64,000 bases of DNA from Candidatus Thorarchaeota archaeon (GTDB lineage Archaea > Asgardarchaeota > Thorarchaeia > Thorarchaeales > Thorarchaeaceae): NCBI GenBank assembly GCA_016933575.1, contig JAFGAR010000088.1, positions 203,764 to 267,763 on the forward strand, written 5' to 3'. Numbering within the stretch: position 1 is the first letter of the stretch; the number at the start of each line of letters is the position of its first letter. Both the position numbers and the translations under genes were made by a program. Shown piece by piece: positions 20,505-29,535 of this stretch. The notes below the pieces were generated by a model. That model was not told the DNA's origin and did not search any database. It saw only the letters and a list, made by a program, of their open reading frames with translations.

Positions 20505-22331
20505 ATGTGCGGTATAATTGGTGTTGTGCAGAAACGAGGAGATGTCGCTCCATTTCTACATCAAGCCCTAAAACGACTTGAGTATAGAGGGTACGATTCG
20601 GTTGGAGTGACAACCATTGCAGATGGAAGATTACATATTAAAAAAGAGAAAGGCAAAATCGAAGAAGTCCATAGAAAATTAAATCTTGATGAAATGCCTG
20701 GATCCATGGGCATTGGACACACTCGTTGGGCAACTCATGGAATCCCATCCATGCTTAACTCGCATCCTCATTTTGATTGTTCAGGAAAAATTGCAGTGGT
20801 TCATAATGGGGTAATTGATAATTTTATGGAACTGAGAGCAGAGCTACGTGAAAAAGGTCACAAACTTCAATCAGAAACCGATACTGAGGTCATCCCACAC
20901 CTGATTGAGGATTTTATGAGAGATGGTATGGATTTAGTACACGCAGTCAGAGAAACAACAAAACGGATTCAAGGCACATATGCAATTGTAGCAATGAGTA
21001 CAAATGCTGAAGAAAATTATCTTGTCTGTACAAGAGATGGAAATCCTCTTGTCATTGGCAGGAAAAAGGACGTGTCATATGTATCTTCGGATATTCCAGC
21101 ATTTTTACCCATGACGAATGATATGATACTTCTTCTTGATGGTGAAATTGCAAGCCTTTCAGCTGATGGTATAAAAATTGAAAAAATATCGGATGAAAGT
21201 GAAGTACATCGAGATAGTATCAGAATCAGCTGGACCGCGGATCAAGCTCAAAAAAGTGGTTATCCTCATTTTATGCTCAAGGAGATTCATGAACAGCCTG
21301 ACGCGATTCGAAACACCTTAAGACTCAGAAGTGAAGTGATTAGAGAAGCTGCAGAGATAATAAATTCATCAGAACGCATCTTCATGCTAGCGATGGGGAC
21401 ATCAGGGCATGCTGCAAGAGCTGGAAGACATATGTTCTCTTCGATTGCTGGAATACTTCCAGTGTTCGAACTTGCAAGTGACTTTTCGGATACTGTCTAT
21501 GGCGCCTTATCAGACAAAGACTGTATAATTGCAATAACTCAATCAGGAGAAACTACGGATACAATATCTGCGGTGAAGTATGCAAAGGAACATGGAGCAA
21601 AAATAATAGCTATCACAAATGTTGTAGGAAGTTCGATAACAAGGCTAGCAGATCATACTATATTGACTCAAGCTGGTCCGGAGATTGGAGTGGCGGCTAC
21701 GAAGACTTTCATGGTACAATTGACCTCCCTAGCACTTCTTGCTCTAAGCGTGGGAGAACTAACAGGCTTTGCTGATTCAAGAGTTATTAAGACAAAACGT
21801 GAGTTCTTGGAAAAACTACCTGACATTATTTCTGACACAATTTCAAGGAATGAAGAACCAGCCAGAAGACTAGCAGGCCAAATATATGATAAACCAAGTC
21901 TCCTCTTCTTGGGAAGAGGAGTATCCATGGCTACTGCAGAAGAGGGTGCTCTCAAACTCAAAGAGATAGCCTATAATCATGCTGAAGCATATTCTGCAGG
22001 AGAGTCAAAACATGGTCCAATTGCTCTGGTTCAAAATGATTATCCTGTGATATTTGTGGTTCCAAATGATGAAACCCGTAGTAGAATGATAGGTAATATT
22101 ATGGAAATGAAGGCAAGAGGAGCCCTTGTAATCTCTGTAATATCAAAGGATGACAAGGAACTAGAGAGCCTTTCTAATCATATCTTTACTATTCCATGGG
22201 ATATAGAACCTGAGTTCTCTACAATGGCATTCATAATTCCGCTTCAACTCTTTAGCTATTATATGGCGTTAAGAAAAGGATATGATCCAGATAAACCACG
22301 CAACTTGGCAAAATCAGTGACAGTACTTTAG
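20505..22331 (+). CDS. glmS: Glutamine-fructose-6-phosphate aminotransferase
   Basis: MCGIIG, LEYRGYDS, GHTRWATHG, DKPRNLAKSVTV. Confidence 0.98.
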   Translation: MCGIIGVVQKRGDVAPFLHQALKRLEYRGYDSVGVTTIADGRLHIKKEKGKIEEVHRKLNLDEMPGSMGIGHTRWATHGIPSMLNSHPHFDCSGKIAVVHNGVIDNFMELRAELREKGHKLQSETDTEVIPHLIEDFMRDGMDLVHAVRETTKRIQGTYAIVAMSTNAEENYLVCTRDGNPLVIGRKKDVSYVSSDIPAFLPMTNDMILLLDGEIASLSADGIKIEKISDESEVHRDSIRISWTADQAQKSGYPHFMLKEIHEQPDAIRNTLRLRSEVIREAAEIINSSERIFMLAMGTSGHAARAGRHMFSSIAGILPVFELASDFSDTVYGALSDKDCIIAITQSGETTDTISAVKYAKEHGAKIIAITNVVGSSITRLADHTILTQAGPEIGVAATKTFMVQLTSLALLALSVGELTGFADSRVIKTKREFLEKLPDIISDTISRNEEPARRLAGQIYDKPSLLFLGRGVSMATAEEGALKLKEIAYNHAEAYSAGESKHGPIALVQNDYPVIFVVPNDETRSRMIGNIMEMKARGALVISVISKDDKELESLSNHIFTIPWDIEPEFSTMAFIIPLQLFSYYMALRKGYDPDKPRNLAKSVTVL

Positions 22332-22380
22332 GGACTTTATATCCTCTGTTATAGATAGATAATTGTAAGAGGAATAACAA

Positions 22381-22629
22381 ATGCCTTTCTATCTTCTAAG
22401 CCCTCTATCGGACTTTGCCAATCTCATTGCAGGATATTTAATGGAGATATGGGACTTTCTCATTTTTATTGGAAATATCTCATCTTTCATCATTGTATTG
22501 ATAGGAGCAATTCTCTGGTTTACAGACGTTAATGCAAAGAGAGGGAAAGGGTTAGTCTTGGGAGGCGTTCTTCTTGCAATAACTGTTCAATATTTCGTAT
22601 TCTTCCCACCAGCTTTCACGTTCTTCTGA
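22381..22629 (+). CDS. Two-TM membrane protein resembling VirB2/TrbC/CedA1-type pilins
   Basis: Two hydrophobic helices joined by a basic loop (LIGAILWFTDVNAKRGKGLVLGGVLLAI). Confidence 0.5.
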   Translation: MPFYLLSPLSDFANLIAGYLMEIWDFLIFIGNISSFIIVLIGAILWFTDVNAKRGKGLVLGGVLLAITVQYFVFFPPAFTFF

Positions 22630-22643
22630 TATCTCGTAGAGAG

Positions 22644-23858
22644 TCACATCAAATCTTTTGAAATGATTGTTAGAGTATCAGTAAGACGATCAATATCTTC
22701 AATTGAATTGTAAGCATGAACAGATGCTTGAATTAATCCGTCAAGTGATATTGATTGAATAAGTGGATGAGCACAAATGAGACCGCTTCTTACAGCAATA
22801 TTTGACTCATCAAGAAATAATGCTATATCATGACAACCAATTTCAGAAGAATCGCCAAGATTGAATCCAACGATTGTGGTTTCATTATTGGGTCGACCAT
22901 AGAGTGTTAGAGTATCAATCTCTTCAAGCCGTTGTCGCATATAGTTTACCAGCTGTGTGATGTATTTTGTCATTCCATTTGCATGCAGATTGGTGAGATA
23001 ATTTATAGAAGCACCCAAACCTGCTATTGCTGGAACATTGATATAACCAGATTCGAACTTATCAGGTTGAAGAGCAATTTCATAGGATTTCCCTACTACA
23101 TTTGAAACTGAGGAACCGCCAAGAATACCAGGTATATGGTTTCTTTCGATAGACGGATTGATCCATTGAACTGTCAGTCCTGGTGGAGCCATTAGACCGA
23201 TATTTGCGGAGAAGACGAGAATATCGCAATCAAGATGAATTGGGGACTTTTCTGTAATACCAACAGATCTTGTTGCATCTGTTAACAGAAGAGCATCATG
23301 CGAATGTACAACTTCTGCAATTTTTGATACAGGGTTTCTTGTACCAATTCCAGGAACTATATGACTGACAGCGACAATTCCAGTTCTCTCATTGACCATA
23401 TCTTCAAGTGAAGATAATGAAACAGCTCCATCATCTTCGATTGGTACGATATCCACTTCGATATTCAGAACTTCAGCGGATCGTAATAATGAAACTAAGA
23501 CTGAGTTTTCCTCGCCTTGAGAGATAGCAATTCTATCTTTCTTCTTTTGCTTCCAATCATATCCATATATCAGAGAAGCAATTGATGAAGGTATAGACTT
23601 TTGAAATGATAAAGAGGCTGGTTCTGCTTCAAGAAATTGAGACAAGGATTTTCGAGTGTTTTCAACAATAGTACTACCTTGGATAGCTAGCTTGTGAGCT
23701 CCTTTTCTTGCGGAAGATACTATTTTATCAAGGAAGTATGTTGTTGCTTGGATAGAAGTTCGAGGAACAAGTGTCGTACTTGCAGAATCTAAATAGACAA
23801 GATCTGGAATCTTCTCGAAGACACCAAAGTCTGATTTGATATCCAATTTAGCTGTCAT
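22644..23858 (-). CDS. SufS/CsdA-like class V aminotransferase-fold protein lacking the PLP lysine
   Basis: YLDSASTT, KFESG, IAVRSGLICAHP, ASVHAYNSIEDID; FSGHK motif appears as FSANI. Confidence 0.8.
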   Translation of the reverse strand: MTAKLDIKSDFGVFEKIPDLVYLDSASTTLVPRTSIQATTYFLDKIVSSARKGAHKLAIQGSTIVENTRKSLSQFLEAEPASLSFQKSIPSSIASLIYGYDWKQKKKDRIAISQGEENSVLVSLLRSAEVLNIEVDIVPIEDDGAVSLSSLEDMVNERTGIVAVSHIVPGIGTRNPVSKIAEVVHSHDALLLTDATRSVGITEKSPIHLDCDILVFSANIGLMAPPGLTVQWINPSIERNHIPGILGGSSVSNVVGKSYEIALQPDKFESGYINVPAIAGLGASINYLTNLHANGMTKYITQLVNYMRQRLEEIDTLTLYGRPNNETTIVGFNLGDSSEIGCHDIALFLDESNIAVRSGLICAHPLIQSISLDGLIQASVHAYNSIEDIDRLTDTLTIISKDLM

Positions 23859-23911
23859 TATAGTCTATTGTTGAATAAACTGCTTTAATACCATACTATA
23901 TTCATTCGAGA

Positions 23912-24907
23912 TTGATGACTTTCCCAACTAATCTTGTTGAGGGGTTTTTCCTCATCACTTCGGACAATCTAATCTTTGAAGTAAAAGGATCAATACACCC
24001 GCCAGATCGTGTCATAGCTTATGTAAGATACGTCCCTAAGTGTGCTGGTAGCACTAGTTACCAAAAGGTGTATGATTTGAGAGAGAGAGAGAGTTATTTG
24101 AAAAGTAAATTTCCGAATTATTTGTGGTACAGTGGGGTACATGGGAGAATCTTACAGTCAGTGTCATATGATAGAATCAAGAAGATATTCAATCCTGTTG
24201 AAAAAATATCTCAAATGAAGAAGAATTTTGTAAGTCTATCAGATATTGGACAAACAACTATTATGCTAACCAATAGATTGTTGGAATTCACAGGTATCTC
24301 AGAAACCAGCATCGGGGTCACAGGTTCTCAACTGGTAGATTTAGCAAGCAAGAAATCTGATATCGATATTGTGATTTATGGTGAAGATGTTTGTCGTGGC
24401 TTCTATGACCAACTAGCAAATAGCTATAATTTGATTCCTGGGATTAAAGAGTATTCGGGCTCATTGTTGGATAAACACTTGAAGTTTAGATGGAGAAATT
24501 TGATTAATCACAGGAAAATTCTAAGAGAGATAGAAAGAAAAAAGAAATTGCAAGGTATTTTTGAGGGGAGAGAGTTCTTCATCCGATTAGTTAGGTTTCC
24601 TGAAGATGTTGATGAAGTATATGGACTCAAAAAATATGAGTTGTTGGAACCTTGTGAAATTACAGGAATCATCACCGATGATTCAGATTCTATATTTTCT
24701 CCCTGCAGCTATCAGGTTGAGTCATTAGAAAGGCCTAATCTGAAAAGACTAGTCAGTTTTCGAGGAAGGTTTACCGAGCAGGTTTCGAAAGGAGATTCAG
24801 TTAGAGCAAGAGGACGACTTGAAAGAGTGATTAATAACAAATCTGGAGAGTCCTTCGATCAACTTGTACTAGGTGAGAGTTCTTCTGACTATCTGATGCC
24901 CTTCTGA
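23912..24907 (+). CDS. Archaeal predicted nucleotidyltransferase (Pol beta-like)
   Basis: HPPDRVIAYVRYVP, IGVTGSQLV..SDIDIVIYG, C-terminal OB-like RGRLE. Confidence 0.75.
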   Translation: MMTFPTNLVEGFFLITSDNLIFEVKGSIHPPDRVIAYVRYVPKCAGSTSYQKVYDLRERESYLKSKFPNYLWYSGVHGRILQSVSYDRIKKIFNPVEKISQMKKNFVSLSDIGQTTIMLTNRLLEFTGISETSIGVTGSQLVDLASKKSDIDIVIYGEDVCRGFYDQLANSYNLIPGIKEYSGSLLDKHLKFRWRNLINHRKILREIERKKKLQGIFEGREFFIRLVRFPEDVDEVYGLKKYELLEPCEITGIITDDSDSIFSPCSYQVESLERPNLKRLVSFRGRFTEQVSKGDSVRARGRLERVINNKSGESFDQLVLGESSSDYLMPF

Positions 24908-25057
24908 TTTTCACATAGTCACTTCATCAACAACAGTTCACAATATATTCCTGTGAATGGCGCCAATATTGTGAATACTCTGGAAAAATCAGCGTTTTGA
25001 GTGCTTATTCTAGAAAATTTGACAATGATATATCTCCTTATACCTGTGAATAGACAC

Positions 25058-25079
25058 ACCCCTTCGTTTCCAGTGGAAC
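25058..25079 (-). promoter_or_regulatory. ORB (origin recognition box) with G-string
   Basis: Minus strand GTTCCACTGGAAACGAAGGGGT matches the archaeal ORB consensus; lies in a ~450-bp intergenic region. Confidence 0.75.
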
Positions 25080-25361
25080 TAAGTAATTGGACATATGAAA
25101 TCCTTATGGACTTATTCACATATCCCATAATTTAGTGAATGATAAAAAGACTGGAGAATTATCTTATTTTTGGTAATAGGGCTCTCATAATGCTTTTTTA
25201 TCATTTATGAGATGTCACAGGACGTGAGCACATAATATACGGAGCGGACGTGTTCTATATGTTAGCAGACGCACTATGTAGCTCTTATCTTGGTATATCT
25301 AATTCACATACTCACACTTATTTGGAATGTACGAGTAGTCTATTGTGAATGAATTGTTTAG

Positions 25362-26018
25362 ATGGTATACTCTAAAGGTGAAAAGAAATTGAATGATGGA
25401 GACCGCACTAACAAGATCTATGAGTTTACCTATAGTTCTGCACCAGGTCTCCGGGAGATTTTTCAATGTAAATATGTAAGCCCGAGTGAAGCTCTTAACA
25501 GATTTAGTAAGATACTTTCCTTGACTGAATCGCCCTTTGATTTCAAAATTGTTGTGTCAGATGAAACAATGGGAGAAGAATCTAGTTTTCAGGTAAAAGG
25601 TGGGAGTATTGAAGAGATGTTCGCTAAGTTCAAAGTCTTTCTGGAAACAAGCACTGGGTTCACCTTTGAAGATGTTGTAAGTGAAATACAAGATACTGAT
25701 TATGATGAAGCACGATTTGATACTATGAGTAATTATGAAAAGATGCAGCTAATCATCTATGCATCTTTTAAACATGGGAAATTTTCATCATTGGATGTGG
25801 CAGAAATATATGAGGATTCATTCAATGAAGACCTACCGAAGAGTACTGCTTCGACATATCTAGCTAGAATGTGGAATAACGGAAAAGGGCATTTGGAACG
25901 GTATGGAAATCGATCTGGATACACCTATCGACTCAAAACAGAACTAAAGGAAGTTCAAAAAGAAACAGATAGGGCAGAAGAGCTTCTTGCAGCAATCCAG
26001 ATGCGAGTCCGCGATTAG
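25362..26018 (+). CDS. Hypothetical protein with C-terminal winged helix
   Basis: FSSLDVAEIYEDSFNEDLPKSTASTYLARM...LERYGNRSGYTY. Confidence 0.65.
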   Translation: MVYSKGEKKLNDGDRTNKIYEFTYSSAPGLREIFQCKYVSPSEALNRFSKILSLTESPFDFKIVVSDETMGEESSFQVKGGSIEEMFAKFKVFLETSTGFTFEDVVSEIQDTDYDEARFDTMSNYEKMQLIIYASFKHGKFSSLDVAEIYEDSFNEDLPKSTASTYLARMWNNGKGHLERYGNRSGYTYRLKTELKEVQKETDRAEELLAAIQMRVRD

Positions 26019-26058
26019 TCTATTTTATAATAGCTCCTCTGCATTTGTATTTGTTGTA

Positions 26059-27375
26059 TTACAAATCCATAGTATGTTCTTCAAGTGCGATATCTAGACC
26101 AGCGAGCTCTTCAAGAATTGGTTCATAAATCTCTGGAATGATTGGTCGATATACTCCTGTAAGATTTATTCTTCCTTCGAGTATCATTCTACTGGCAATA
26201 GCCACTGGAAGTGCAACAGTTCGTGACATAGAACTATCTCCGTTAGGAATACCATAGTCAATGAGGGTTGAGGTGATTTTTTGCTTCTTTCCAGGATATT
26301 CCACAATGAACTCATGATGCATGACAATCATATCACGCTCGCCAGGTGTGTATTGCATCTTCTCTTCGAACAAATGGCAGAGTGCGTCGAGTCTCGTGTT
26401 TATACCTGATGGAATCAGTCTTTCTTCAAATAGTCCTAACCATTCAAGACGTGTAATAATTTGGTGATTAATATCAATTTTACAGAATTTTGCCACTGCT
26501 TCTTTGATGTCATTGCTTCCTGCAGATGTCAATTCCTGAATCATTGCGGCATATGTTATCCCATCTAAAGATCGTTCTTCAATATCGAGCAGACCTAAAT
26601 CAGCAATTTTATCGAGCGTTTCACACCAACCAACATTTCTGAATGTACCTCTAAGCATGGTCTTTGTTTCTGGAATGTTGTAAATGTCAATGTAGGACAT
26701 ACTGTCTCGATTAGGATACCCTTCGAATGTACCGATTCCAGGGACCTCCATGAGTTCATAGTTTTCGAAGAGCTCAGCTCCAGGTATTTTGACATCTTTA
26801 CCATCACGGAGGAAATGAGCATCGTTTCTCCCAGCAAGAAGAACACCCCGAGGACTCCATGATAGTTTGTATCCATAGGGATTGTTGTTCGAATCGGGTG
26901 CAGGGAGTCCACCTGTAAAAGATGTGAAGCTTGCAATTTTTCCGCCATTATCATGAACATTGTCAATGATTTTCATAGCGCTCATGTGATCTATACCAGG
27001 ATCAACACCGCATTCATTGAGCAATAAAACACCTGCAGACTTTGCGTCTTTCTCTAGAGCTTTCATCTCATCTGAAATATAAGAAGTGGTACAGAATGGT
27101 TTCTTGTGTTTAATTGCAACTTTTGCAGCTTTCACATGGTATGTGTATGGAAGAAGAGAACAGACAAGATCAACCTTTGCAGTTAGTTCCTCGAGAAGAT
27201 TATCATCTTTTGCGATATTGAAAGCAAGAGCTTCAGCATTTTCACAGCCCTTAATCAGACGTTCAGCCTTCTCCTTTGTTCTACTAGCAACCAATACATG
27301 GAAGCCGTTCTCACTCAAATAGTGGATATAAGGACGGGCTACAAGCCCGGCACCTAGACAGAGTACTTTTTTCAT
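26059..27375 (-). CDS. Saccharopine dehydrogenase (glutamate-forming, Lys9/AASS C-terminal type)
   Basis: LGAGLVA, SLLPYTYH, NECGVDPGIDHM, GGLPAP..NNPYGYKLSWSPRG, MSRTVALP. Confidence 0.93.
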   Translation of the reverse strand: MKKVLCLGAGLVARPYIHYLSENGFHVLVASRTKEKAERLIKGCENAEALAFNIAKDDNLLEELTAKVDLVCSLLPYTYHVKAAKVAIKHKKPFCTTSYISDEMKALEKDAKSAGVLLLNECGVDPGIDHMSAMKIIDNVHDNGGKIASFTSFTGGLPAPDSNNNPYGYKLSWSPRGVLLAGRNDAHFLRDGKDVKIPGAELFENYELMEVPGIGTFEGYPNRDSMSYIDIYNIPETKTMLRGTFRNVGWCETLDKIADLGLLDIEERSLDGITYAAMIQELTSAGSNDIKEAVAKFCKIDINHQIITRLEWLGLFEERLIPSGINTRLDALCHLFEEKMQYTPGERDMIVMHHEFIVEYPGKKQKITSTLIDYGIPNGDSSMSRTVALPVAIASRMILEGRINLTGVYRPIIPEIYEPILEELAGLDIALEEHTMDL

Positions 27376-28694
27376 TTGGTTTTGTCCTCCCTCAATAGAT
27401 ACTCATTGAGATATTGATAACTCGGGGTTAGTTTTCCACGATAAACAATAACTGCATCTTTTAGCTCCCTAGGCAGATTGACTTCATCAATAGAAGGAGC
27501 TTTAAAGTCAGCATTTGCAAAATCGGGAAGAAAACGGATTAGTGTTTCACCAAAGGATGTTGATGATTCCCGCGGAAGTTCGCATGGGAGATTATCAACT
27601 GCCATGATAACAGGACCTTCTCCTATAACACCTGTTTCAGCACGATCTTCATCAATTATATAACAAAAAGCAGGTTTTCCGGGCGTAGTACACTTGACAG
27701 TGAACTCGATTGCACCTCCGACATCACATGAGATGTCACCGATGACGCGGAGTTTTCGATTAGCTTCATTCCAATGCTTGCGAATAAAGTCCTTTGTTAT
27801 CAGTCGTGGATATTTATCAGTCCAATAGATACAATTCATGATAACTGTCATGTATTGAACATACTCATGAAACACGCCAGTGTAGTTTTTCTTCCCATTC
27901 TTGTAATAGTCCTGAAGATTAAAATCAGAGTTTGGATCTTTTGGTTTCACTAGGTGCTCTTCTTTAAAGATGCATTTATACAAGAGATTCTGCTCTGGTT
28001 CAAGATTTGGCAAATCAGCAGGTTCCACTATTTTGTGTGGGAGAATGTCGAATATTTCTTGAGCTCCCCGCGACACGTTACCATAGCCTGCAAAACCAAC
28101 TACAAACGGAATCAATTCCTTTGGAAGACCTTGTTCCTTAATCTGATTCCCGATACGTCCGAATTCTGCCTTAACAGCATCTAAGCCCTTTAGATCTAAT
28201 GTAGATTTCATCTGTCTAAAGGGATTGGGGCTGATACCCTCAAATTCAAGACGTTTTCCAAGAACACGAAAAGTATCAGAGATACCTGCCATTCCAGCCC
28301 AGTTTCCAAAGAATATCAAACGACGACCTTTGTCATCTGTAACTCGTTCATAATCAATCAGAGTGGCGCCTGTTTCTATAATATTCCGGAGTAGAGGCAT
28401 ATTGTACGCCTGCCCTTTGATAGTGTGGCTGAAGAATACATAGACTGCATCGCTCTCAAAGAATCCAATAGGCATTTCCTTGATTCCGAAAATTACAGGA
28501 ACACCGCTTCCCTTCAAAGGTTTGATAGTTGCTCCAACTTGCGCATATTCTTCTTCTGTAAAAGCGCGTTGATCATTGGGTTCAACAACGAAATCGATGC
28601 CGCTTTGTTCTCGCAAAAACTTGACTTGATCGGGTGTTAATGGAACTCGTGCTTCAAATGCTTTTTCTTCCTTACGTAAACCGATGCGGTTCAT
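27372..28694 (-). CDS. Lysine-ketoglutarate reductase (AASS N-terminal type)
   Basis: EARVPLTP, FFSHTIKGQAYNM, LIDYE, GYGNVSRGAQEI, NCIYW..KYPRL, DISCD, MAVDNLPCELPRESS. Confidence 0.9.
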   Translation of the reverse strand: MNRIGLRKEEKAFEARVPLTPDQVKFLREQSGIDFVVEPNDQRAFTEEEYAQVGATIKPLKGSGVPVIFGIKEMPIGFFESDAVYVFFSHTIKGQAYNMPLLRNIIETGATLIDYERVTDDKGRRLIFFGNWAGMAGISDTFRVLGKRLEFEGISPNPFRQMKSTLDLKGLDAVKAEFGRIGNQIKEQGLPKELIPFVVGFAGYGNVSRGAQEIFDILPHKIVEPADLPNLEPEQNLLYKCIFKEEHLVKPKDPNSDFNLQDYYKNGKKNYTGVFHEYVQYMTVIMNCIYWTDKYPRLITKDFIRKHWNEANRKLRVIGDISCDVGGAIEFTVKCTTPGKPAFCYIIDEDRAETGVIGEGPVIMAVDNLPCELPRESSTSFGETLIRFLPDFANADFKAPSIDEVNLPRELKDAVIVYRGKLTPSYQYLNEYLLREDKTK

Positions 28695-28818
28695 GCAATT
28701 TCCTCCAGAGCCAGATAATGACCGAAGCTGTTCTGAGGCTGCGAGCCAAGCTACTGACGCTTAACCTTTTCCCTGCCGGCCATGACCAGTATTTGTTGTA
28801 TTACACAATTTGAAAATC

Positions 28819-28832
28819 AGAACATGTGTTCT
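28819..28832. promoter_or_regulatory. GAAC-N4-GTTC palindrome, copy 1 (AGAACATGTGTTCT)
   Basis: Near-identical to the copies at 29156 and 29401. Confidence 0.55.
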
Positions 28833-28852
28833 TCAATTTGGGTTTCAAGATA

Positions 28853-29149
28853 ATGTCAGCTACGTATCTCTATCTCTATGACTGTCGACGGGCAAGACAA
28901 ACAAATGCACGTCGAGTTGCATTTACTAAGGAGCTCTATGGGTATACATATACTTGGAAAACAAAATCAGGGGTTAGAGAAAAACGCAAGCCAGGTCTCT
29001 TGGATGAGTGTCTTGGAACTGAAGCTGTGGCGGACTCGGCAATTCTAGTACCTAATGAACACCGAACGATTTTTGACAGTCTGTTTTCGACCTATCAAGA
29101 TATTCTCAAACTCAAAGTCTATGAAATTGTACAAGAGATCTTTCAATGA
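28853..29149 (+). CDS. Small Cas2/VapD-like ferredoxin-fold protein next to the candidate oriC
   Basis: YLYLYD first strand, F.KELYGY, GLL, SAILVP, KVYEI; ATG at 28853. Confidence 0.55.
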   Translation: MSATYLYLYDCRRARQTNARRVAFTKELYGYTYTWKTKSGVREKRKPGLLDECLGTEAVADSAILVPNEHRTIFDSLFSTYQDILKLKVYEIVQEIFQ

Positions 29150-29155
29150 GATTTG

Positions 29156-29167
29156 GAACACGTGTTC
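29156..29167. promoter_or_regulatory. GAAC-N4-GTTC palindrome, copy 2 (GAACACGTGTTC)
   Basis: Perfect 12-bp palindrome. Confidence 0.55.
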
Positions 29168-29223
29168 GAGTTAATCTCATGCAAAGATGTTTCCAGATAA
29201 TGGTTGTAGATTATGTGGATAAT

Positions 29224-29388
29224 ACCCCTTCATTTCCTATGGAAATGGAAAAATGGAGTGATCATGAGCGGTCATTCTAATAATGATAAAAATGGAGATA
29301 AATAAGAGCTGTGTAAACAACTATTTATACTTATTGATAACTATTCTAATAGACTTCTGATTAATATTTCTAGTGGAAATGATGGGGT
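29224..29388. other. Candidate replication origin: two inverted ORBs flanking an AT-rich spacer
   Basis: 29224-29245 (-) TTTCCATAGGAAATGAAGGGGT and 29367-29388 (+) TTTCTAGTGGAAATGATGGGGT (18/22 identical), separated by ~120 bp of AT-rich DNA. Confidence 0.75.
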
Positions 29389-29398
29389 ACTATAGAAC

Positions 29399-29416
29399 TT
29401 AGAACACGTGTTCTAA
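29399..29416. promoter_or_regulatory. GAAC-N4-GTTC palindrome, copy 3 (TTAGAACACGTGTTCTAA)
   Basis: Perfect 18-bp palindrome abutting ATGTATTAC x2. Confidence 0.6.
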
Positions 29417-29535
29417 TGTATTACATGTATTACGGATATAAAGAAACCTAGTAGACAAAAATAATCCAATACCACAAGACTGATACAGTGTTCTTAATGC
29501 AAACCGGCATACGTTAGAAAGTGGAGGATCCATGA

